Shown here: in pieces, positions 57,469 through 64,000 of the stretch
Layout: each line of letters begins with the position of its first letter
Numbering within the stretch: the first letter of the stretch is position 1
Assembly (NCBI GenBank): GCA_947176295.1
Contig: CAMWQB010000001.1
Span: 4,760-68,759 of the forward strand
DNA from: an uncultured Porphyromonadaceae bacterium
GTDB taxonomy: Bacteria; Bacteroidota; Bacteroidia; Bacteroidales; Muribaculaceae
Direction of reading: 5' to 3'
Length of the DNA stretch: 64,000 nt
The notes under the pieces: model-generated
The model's database searches: none
What the model was told of the DNA's origin: nothing
What the model saw: the letters and a program-made list of their open reading frames with translations, nothing else
Program-made: the position numbers and the translations under genes

Positions 57469-60097
57469 GAAAATTGTCGAGACGCCTCTGATGAAGCAAT
57501 ACGCCGAGATGAAAGCAAAGCATCCCGACGCAGTGCTTCTCTTCCGCGTGGGCGACTTCTACGAAACCTTCTCCGACGATGCCATCGTCGCATCCGAAAT
57601 CCTCGGAATCACTCTCACCCGCCGAGCTAACGGCGCCGCACAATACGTCGAGCTCGCCGGATTCCCCCACCACGCTCTCGACACCTATCTCCCCAAGCTC
57701 GTCCGTGCAGGCAAGCGCGTAGCAATCTGCGAACAGCTCGAAGACCCCAAACTTACGAAAAAACTCGTCAAGCGCGACATCATCGAGCTCGTTACTCCCG
57801 GCGTAGCCCTCAGCGACAACGTCCTCTCTCGTGGCGAGAACAACTTCCTCGCCGCACTCCACATAGGAAAAGCCCTCTGGGGCGTGGCATTCCTCGACAT
57901 CAGCACAGGCGAATTCCTCTGCGCCGAAGGCACACCCGACTACGTCGACAAGATTCTCGCAAACATGGCCCCGAAAGAGCTCCTCGTGCGCCGCGGCCTC
58001 CGCCAGCGCGTCGAAGACGAGCTCTCCCAGCGCTATCTCATCTTCGACCTCGACGAATGGCTCTTCACCTCCGATGCCGCAAACGAGCGCCTCCTCAAGC
58101 AATTCGGCACAGCCTCCCTCAAAGGTTTCGGGGTCGAGCGCCTCGCACACGGAATCATCGCCGCAGGAGCCATCCTCCACTACCTCGACCTCACAAAGCA
58201 CTCCCACACCTCACACATCAACTCCCTCGCCCGCATCGAAGAAGAGCGATACGTCCGCCTCGACCGCTTCACCGTCCGAAATCTCGAGCTCATCGCCCCC
58301 CTCGATTCTGAAGGAAAAAGCCTCCTCGACGTCCTCGACCGCACAGTCAGCCCCATGGGCTCGCGCCTCCTGCGCCGGTGGCTCCTCTTTCCCCTGAAAG
58401 ACCCCAAAGGCATAAACGAGCGCCTCGATGTAGTCGAACACTTCTTCCGCACCCCCGAAATACGCGAAGAGATAGCCGAACGTCTCAAAAGCATCGGCGA
58501 CCTCGAACGCCTCGTTGCAAAAGTGGCTTGCGAGCGCATCACCCCACGCGAGATGATACAGATCCGCAACGCCCTCACAGCCATAGTCCCCATTGCCGAG
58601 ATGTGCCGCCGCTCAGGCCTCCCCGCCCTCCAGAGCACCGGCGAGCAGCTCAATCCCTGCACCATAATCCGCGACCGCATCACCCGCGAACTACGCGACG
58701 ACGCACAGGGCGGACCCTCCGCACACGGCGAAATCTTAGCATCCGGCGTCGACCCCGAGCTCGACCAGCTCCGCGCAATAGCATACGAAGGCAAAGACTA
58801 CCTCCTCAAGCTGCAGGCCCGCGAAGCAGAAGCCACAGGCATCCCAAGCCTCAAAATCGGATACAACAACGTCTTCGGATACTATATCGAAGTCACGAAC
58901 ACCCACAAGTCCAAGGTTCCCGCCCAGTGGATGCGCAAGCAGACCCTCGTCAATGCCGAGCGATACATCACCCAGGAACTCAAGGACTACGAAGAAAAAA
59001 TCATCGGAGCCCAGGAAAAAATCGAGGCAATCCAGACGCGCCTATATTCCGAACTCGTCCGCGCCCTCGCCCAATACATCCCCGCGCTCCAGCTCAACGC
59101 ATCCCTCCTCGCACGCCTCGACGTCCTCAACTCATTCACCCGCGTATCTCTCGAAAACAAATACGCGCGCCCCATCGTCGACGATTCCCTCGTCCTGCGC
59201 CTCGAAGACGCCCGCCATCCCGTCATAGAGCGCCAGCTCCCACCCGGAGAGCCATATATCGCCAACACCGTCGAGCTCGAAAACGAAGCCACGCAGGTCA
59301 TGATGATCACCGGTCCCAACATGTCGGGCAAGTCAGCCCTCCTCCGCCAGACGGCCCTCAACGTCATCATGGCTCAGACAGGCTGCTTCGTGGCCGCATC
59401 AAGCGCACGGATAGGCGTCGTCGACAAAATTTTCACCCGCGTTGGCGCCAGCGACAACATCTCCCTCGGCGAAAGCACATTCATGGTCGAGATGAACGAA
59501 GCAGCATCCATCCTCAACAACATGAGCCGCCGCTCCCTCATCCTCTTCGACGAGCTCGGCCGCGGCACATCCACCTACGACGGCATCTCGATCGCATGGG
59601 CCATCGTCGAGCATATCGCCACATACGCCGACATGCACCCCAAGACCCTCTTCGCCACCCACTACCACGAGCTCAACGACATGGAAGCCTCCTTCCCGCG
59701 CATTGTCAACTTCAACGTATCCGTCCGCGAAATCGACGGCCGCGTTGTCTTCCTCCGCAAGCTCGCTCGAGGCGGCTCCGAACACAGCTTCGGCATCCAC
59801 GTGGCCAAACTCGCAGGAATGCCCCCGAGCATAATCCGCCGGGCCGACAGCGTCCTCGCCCAGCTCGAAAACGCCGCCGCAGGCGACGGCTCCGGCAGCA
59901 AAGCACGCGTAGCCCCCGCCACAGAAGCCTCCGCAGCCGTTCAGGGCGGAATGCAGCTCAGCTTCTTCCAGCTCGACGACCCCGTCCTCTCCGGCATCCG
60001 CGACGAAATAATAGGCACCGACATCAACAATCTCACCCCACTGCAAGCCCTCACAAAACTCCACGAAATCCGCAAAATCCTCACCGGCAAAGACTAA
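57461..60097 (+). CDS. mutS: DNA mismatch repair protein MutS
   Basis: [39 protein letters not shown] and SFGIHVA motifs. Confidence 0.97.
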   Translation: MAKKIVETPLMKQYAEMKAKHPDAVLLFRVGDFYETFSDDAIVASEILGITLTRRANGAAQYVELAGFPHHALDTYLPKLVRAGKRVAICEQLEDPKLTKKLVKRDIIELVTPGVALSDNVLSRGENNFLAALHIGKALWGVAFLDISTGEFLCAEGTPDYVDKILANMAPKELLVRRGLRQRVEDELSQRYLIFDLDEWLFTSDAANERLLKQFGTASLKGFGVERLAHGIIAAGAILHYLDLTKHSHTSHINSLARIEEERYVRLDRFTVRNLELIAPLDSEGKSLLDVLDRTVSPMGSRLLRRWLLFPLKDPKGINERLDVVEHFFRTPEIREEIAERLKSIGDLERLVAKVACERITPREMIQIRNALTAIVPIAEMCRRSGLPALQSTGEQLNPCTIIRDRITRELRDDAQGGPSAHGEILASGVDPELDQLRAIAYEGKDYLLKLQAREAEATGIPSLKIGYNNVFGYYIEVTNTHKSKVPAQWMRKQTLVNAERYITQELKDYEEKIIGAQEKIEAIQTRLYSELVRALAQYIPALQLNASLLARLDVLNSFTRVSLENKYARPIVDDSLVLRLEDARHPVIERQLPPGEPYIANTVELENEATQVMMITGPNMSGKSALLRQTALNVIMAQTGCFVAASSARIGVVDKIFTRVGASDNISLGESTFMVEMNEAASILNNMSRRSLILFDELGRGTSTYDGISIAWAIVEHIATYADMHPKTLFATHYHELNDMEASFPRIVNFNVSVREIDGRVVFLRKLARGGSEHSFGIHVAKLAGMPPSIIRRADSVLAQLENAAAGDGSGSKARVAPATEASAAVQGGMQLSFFQLDDPVLSGIRDEIIGTDINNLTPLQALTKLHEIRKILTGKD

Positions 60098-60184
60098 TCC
60101 CCCCCCGGCCGGACACCATAAATAATATTGTCCGTCCCGTCAGACCTATCACAAGCGCCTGCACTGTATTAATCCCGAAACAAA

Positions 60185-60220
60185 CCGAGCCGCAATATCG
60201 CTTGGGATATTGCGGCTCGG
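60185..60220. terminator. Inverted repeat between the convergent mutS and serS (probable shared terminator)
   Basis: Perfect 15-bp arms ccgagccgcaatatc / gatattgcggctcgg; no clear U-tract. Confidence 0.55.
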
Positions 60221-60243
60221 CGTATTACAGATCTTTCGCGGCG

Positions 60244-61515
60244 TCAATCGATGATATCGAAGCCGGTGTACTTGCGGAGACACTCAGGCACCACGATACC
60301 CTCGGGCGTCTGATTGTTTTCCAGCAGAGCAGCCATTATGCGCGGGAGAGCCAGTGCCGAACCATTGAGAGTGTGGCAGAGCTGAGGCTTCTTATCCTCG
60401 CCGCGATAGCGGCACTTCAGGCGATTGGCCTGGTATGTCTCGAAGTTCGAAACCGACGACACCTCCAGCCAGCGCTTCTGAGCCGCGGAATAAACCTCGA
60501 AATCGAAAGTGATGGCCGACGTAAAGCTCATGTCGCCGCCACACAGACGGAGGATATGCCAGGGCAGCCCAAGCTTCTCCAGAAGCCCCTGCACGTGGTC
60601 CTTCATCTCCTCGAGAGCCGCATACGAATCCTCCGGCTTCTCGATGCGCACGATTTCCACCTTGTCGAACTGGTGCAGACGGTTGAGACCGCGCACGTCG
60701 CGCCCATACGAGCCAGCCTCGCGGCGGAAGCATGCCGAGTATGCGCAGTTCTTGATAGGCAGACGATCGGCAGGGATAATCACATCGCGGTAGAGGTTCG
60801 TTACTGGCACCTCGGCCGTCGGAATAAGGTAGAGCCCGTCAGCGGGGCAGAAATACATCTGGCCCTCCTTGTCGGGGAGCTGACCCGTGCCGTAGCCCGA
60901 AGCCTCGTTCACCACATAAGGAGGCTGCACCTCGAGATAGCCGGCCTTCGAAGCCTCGTCGAGGAAGAACTGGATGAGCGCGCGCTGAAGCTTCGCGCCC
61001 TTGCCAAGATATACCGGAAATCCGGCGCCCGTAATCTTCACACCCAGGTCGAAGTCTATAAGATTATATTTCTTCGCCAGATCCCAGTGCGGGAGAGCAC
61101 CTTCGGGGAGTTCAGGCATCGGGCCGCCCGTCTTCTCCACCACGTTGTCCTCGGCCGTCCGCCCCTCAGGCACCATAGCGCAGGGAAGATTGGGAATATT
61201 CAGGAGCTCCGTGCGGATATCGGCCTCCGTGCGTGCCAGCTCATCGGAATAGCCCTTCTGCTCCTCCTTGAGCGTAGCCACCTCAGCCTTCGCAGCCTCA
61301 GCCTCCTCTTTGTTGCCGGCCTTCATGGCCTTGCCGATAGCATCGCTCATCTTCTTGAGGCGCGCTGCGGCCGTGTCGTTCTTAAGCTGGAGCTCGCGTC
61401 GGCGGTCGTCGAGAGCTATTACGCGGGCGATGGCTTCCTTGCCGTCAAAACCCTTTACGGCCAGACGCGCAACTACGTGTTCGGGGTCGGCCTTGATTTG
61501 CTGTATCGTCAACAT
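60244..61515 (-). CDS. serS: Serine--tRNA ligase
   Basis: LIPTAEVP, FRREAGS, RLHQFDKVE, EVSSVSN and TLNGSALA motifs. Confidence 0.97.
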   Translation of the reverse strand: MLTIQQIKADPEHVVARLAVKGFDGKEAIARVIALDDRRRELQLKNDTAAARLKKMSDAIGKAMKAGNKEEAEAAKAEVATLKEEQKGYSDELARTEADIRTELLNIPNLPCAMVPEGRTAEDNVVEKTGGPMPELPEGALPHWDLAKKYNLIDFDLGVKITGAGFPVYLGKGAKLQRALIQFFLDEASKAGYLEVQPPYVVNEASGYGTGQLPDKEGQMYFCPADGLYLIPTAEVPVTNLYRDVIIPADRLPIKNCAYSACFRREAGSYGRDVRGLNRLHQFDKVEIVRIEKPEDSYAALEEMKDHVQGLLEKLGLPWHILRLCGGDMSFTSAITFDFEVYSAAQKRWLEVSSVSNFETYQANRLKCRYRGEDKKPQLCHTLNGSALALPRIMAALLENNQTPEGIVVPECLRKYTGFDIID

Positions 61516-61557
61516 AGGTTGATAAGAATATATATATTTCCTTTCTGTTTTCTCGTC

Positions 61558-62010
61558 TTATTTAGCCAGAAGCTCGCGCACCTTGGCCGAAATCACCCGG
61601 CCATCGGCGCGGCCCGCGAGAGCCTTCGTCGCAACTCCCATCACCTTGCCCATCTCCGCGGGCGAGCTTGCCCCGGTCTGCTCGATGATTTTGCGCAGCT
61701 CCGCCTCGAGCTCCTCTTCCGTCAGAGCCTTCGGCAGGAATTCCTCGATCACGGCCACCTCGGCCAGCTCAGTCTCCGCCAGCTCAGGGCGGTTCTGCTC
61801 GGCATATATCTTGGCGCTCTCGCGGCGCTGCTTGGCCATCTTCACCAGCACCTTCATAGCCGCGTCATCCGTCAGCTCGCCGTTGGAGCCCGGTGCCGTC
61901 TTGGCCTCGATAAATTCCTTCTTGATGCCTCGGAGTGCCTGCAGGCGCAGCTTGTCCTTGGCCAGCATTGCGGCCTTGATGCCGCCTTCCACTTGTGTAT
62001 ACAGGTCCAT
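61558..62010 (-). CDS. GatB/YqeY domain protein
   Basis: IKAAMLAKD..LRGIK, KQRRESA..Y, LPKAL and MGKVMG motifs; start MDLYTQ at 62010. Confidence 0.88.
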   Translation of the reverse strand: MDLYTQVEGGIKAAMLAKDKLRLQALRGIKKEFIEAKTAPGSNGELTDDAAMKVLVKMAKQRRESAKIYAEQNRPELAETELAEVAVIEEFLPKALTEEELEAELRKIIEQTGASSPAEMGKVMGVATKALAGRADGRVISAKVRELLAK

Positions 62011-62053
62011 ATTTCTCTCTATGGTTATTATTGTTTCATTCGGTCGGTTTTTA

Positions 62054-62752
62054 TTATTTCTGAGCCTCCTTCCCCGTGAGGATGCGGAAGAGCTCACGCA
62101 TCCCCTCCGTGGCCGTGGCGCGAATCACGTGCACGCCCGCCGGCACCTGCGCCGGATTCGGGTCGATATAGTAGACCGGCACACCGCGGCGCACGTACTG
62201 CAGCAGCGCTGCCGCCGGATACACCACCAGCGACGTCCCGATGATCACAAACACATCAGCCTCTTCCGCGAGAGCCGTAGCCGGTTCGAACATCGGCACA
62301 GCCTCCTGAAAAAACACGATATGCGGCCTCACGTGGTGGCCGTCGATGATCGTCGCGGGAGTAGTCTCGAGAGCATCCGGGCGCAGTTCATACACCTTCG
62401 TCTCATCGTCAGTAGCCCTCACCTTCATGAGCTCGCCATGCAGATGCATCACGCGCGACGACCCCGCCCGTTCGTGCAGGTCATCCACATTCTGCGTTAT
62501 CACATACACCTCCCAACCCTCGCTCTCGAGGGCGTGGAGAAGCCTGTGGGCCGCGTTGGGTTGAGCCTTCAGTAGAGCCTTCCTCCGCTCATTGTAGAAG
62601 CGGTGGACGAGCTCCGGATTGCGCACATAGCCATCGTGGCTCGCCACATCCATCACCGGGTAGTTTTCCCAAAGGCCCCCCGCATCGCGGAACGTCGATA
62701 TTCCGCTCTCAGCGCTGATGCCCGCACCTGTCGATACCACAAGCTTTTTCAT
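62054..62752 (-). CDS. cobB: Sir2-family NAD-dependent protein deacylase
   Basis: GAGISAESG..TFR, TQNVDDLHERAG, HLHGE, RPHIVFF and IGTSLVVYPAA motifs. Confidence 0.93.
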   Translation of the reverse strand: MKKLVVSTGAGISAESGISTFRDAGGLWENYPVMDVASHDGYVRNPELVHRFYNERRKALLKAQPNAAHRLLHALESEGWEVYVITQNVDDLHERAGSSRVMHLHGELMKVRATDDETKVYELRPDALETTPATIIDGHHVRPHIVFFQEAVPMFEPATALAEEADVFVIIGTSLVVYPAAALLQYVRRGVPVYYIDPNPAQVPAGVHVIRATATEGMRELFRILTGKEAQK

Positions 62753-64000
62753 CGGTCATCGCGCGAGAAGGATATCACATTCGCTTTCTTCGCCTGAGCC
62801 TGGTCCTGCTGCATGCCCTTGTGGGCCGCCGCAGTAGTCCGTTTCCCGCGAAGGTAAGCCGGCACGCGCTCCATTTTCTCGATAGCCTCGTCGCTGTCGA
62901 GTTCCTCATTCTCGAAGATAATATATTTCTCCGTCTCCTTCTTGCGCCGCAGGTCGTCCACCTTCTCCGAGCCGTAGTTCTCCATCACCTTGTCGTTCAT
63001 GTCCATGTCGGCCTCGGTCAGAACAGGTTTATCGGCGCCCTTTATGATCATCTCGGTCTCATCCTTGCCCGACACAACGGTCTTGCCGTTTACGGTGATG
63101 TCGAAGCCCGAAGCAAGAAGCGTGAACTTCACCTGGTTGCCCAGCGTGTCGTCGTAGCCATAGCCCCAGATCACGTTCACCTCCATGTTCATGTCGCGGA
63201 TAAACTGCGTGATCTCGTTGCTCTCCGCAGCCGTGTATGGCGGGTCGATCGTCCGCGAGAAATAGAAGGCAAACAGCAGGCGCTTCGACGTGTACACATC
63301 GAAATCGCGCATCAGCGGCGAGTGCAGGGCGTTCTGAATTGCCTTGGTCATGCGGTGCTCGCCTTCGCCGTAGCCCACAGAGATCAGCGCCGTCATCCCG
63401 TCGCGGAGCGTCGTGTCCACGTCCTTCATATCGAGGTTGATCATGATAGGCGTCGTGATGATTTCCGAAATCGAGCGCGCAGCCACAGTGAGGATATCAT
63501 CGGCCTTGGCAAACGCAAGGCTGAATTCGAGATCGGGATAGATTTCCGCAAGGCGGTCGTTGTTTATCACCAGCAACGCATCCACATACTTCCCCAGCTC
63601 CTCGGCGCCCCGGAGAGCCATGCGGATTTTGGGCATACCTTCGAAAAAGAAAGGAATCGTTACGATGCCCACCGTAAGGATGCCCTGCTCCTTTGCCGTG
63701 CGGGCCACCACGGGCGAGGCACCCGTGCCCGTGCCCCCGCCCATACCGGCCGTTACAAACACCATGTTGGGCTTAGGCGTCAGAAGCTTGCATATATCAT
63801 CGAAGCTCTCCTCCGCTGCCGCACGCGCAACTTCAGGCTTGCCTCCGGCCCCGAGACCTTCGGTAGTTTCCGGTCCGAGAAGCAGCTTCGTCGGCACGGG
63901 CGACATCTCCAATGCCTGCATATCCGTATTCGCCACCACAAACTGTATGTCGTCCACGTGCTGAGAATACATGTGGTTCACGGCATTGGAGCCGCCGCCG
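62749..64000 (-). CDS. ftsZ: FtsZ-family GTPase, 5' end outside the window
   Basis: GGGSNAVNHM, NTD, GLGAG, GMGGGTGTG, NND and NLD..D motifs; C-terminal VPAYLR. Confidence 0.88.
   Translation of the reverse strand, partial: GGGSNAVNHMYSQHVDDIQFVVANTDMQALEMSPVPTKLLLGPETTEGLGAGGKPEVARAAAEESFDDICKLLTPKPNMVFVTAGMGGGTGTGASPVVARTAKEQGILTVGIVTIPFFFEGMPKIRMALRGAEELGKYVDALLVINNDRLAEIYPDLEFSLAFAKADDILTVAARSISEIITTPIMINLDMKDVDTTLRDGMTALISVGYGEGEHRMTKAIQNALHSPLMRDFDVYTSKRLLFAFYFSRTIDPPYTAAESNEITQFIRDMNMEVNVIWGYGYDDTLGNQVKFTLLASGFDITVNGKTVVSGKDETEMIIKGADKPVLTEADMDMNDKVMENYGSEKVDDLRRKKETEKYIIFENEELDSDEAIEKMERVPAYLRGKRTTAAAHKGMQQDQAQAKKANVISFSRDDR

Noticed and set aside
58378-62079. 1233-aa plus-strand ORF
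   Set aside because: It is an off-frame shadow of mutS and antisense to serS and yqeY, with Pro/Arg-rich composition and no motifs; expected with GC-biased codon usage

Overview
Chromosomal window from a GC-rich member of the Bacteroidales (probably Muribaculaceae-like). The evidence is the many TAnnTTTG (-7) / TTTG (-33) promoters, A-rich starts without Shine-Dalgarno sites, a T9SS cargo protease and Bacteroidales gene order. Positions 1-15.4 kb hold the str-S10-spc ribosomal superoperon on the minus strand (rpsL to infA). Then come envelope genes, rpsA, and a 5.5-kb AT-rich Rhs polymorphic-toxin cassette array (22.0-27.6 kb). After that are an acyltransferase, recQ/polA, a ZntA-Fur-CopA metal operon, an S8 protease, an rlmL-like gene, purD, pdxB, pldA, pyrH, frr, nadB, xerD, a TPP-riboswitch thiamine uptake operon, tRNA-Gln, an alkD-like gene, an ftsB-like gene, mutS, serS, yqeY, cobB and a partial, divergent ftsZ. 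The most unusual element is the Rhs array. It has three copies of a ~184-208 bp Rhs-core repeat (copies 1 and 2 identical) and no full-length Rhs gene. It carries a JAB-type toxin tip, a second unknown Gly-rich tip, and a third module whose toxin is cut off seven codons after the cleavage motif. Four exported, mutually related putative immunity proteins accompany the two JAB-type modules. Other items worth checking are an orphan promoter-to-terminator unit (candidate sRNA) downstream of tRNA-Gln, a 7-1-7 operator at the metal operon, and three structured spacers inside the ribosomal operon. No CRISPR array, transposase or reverse transcriptase was seen. All family calls come from motif recognition by eye; no database search was run.
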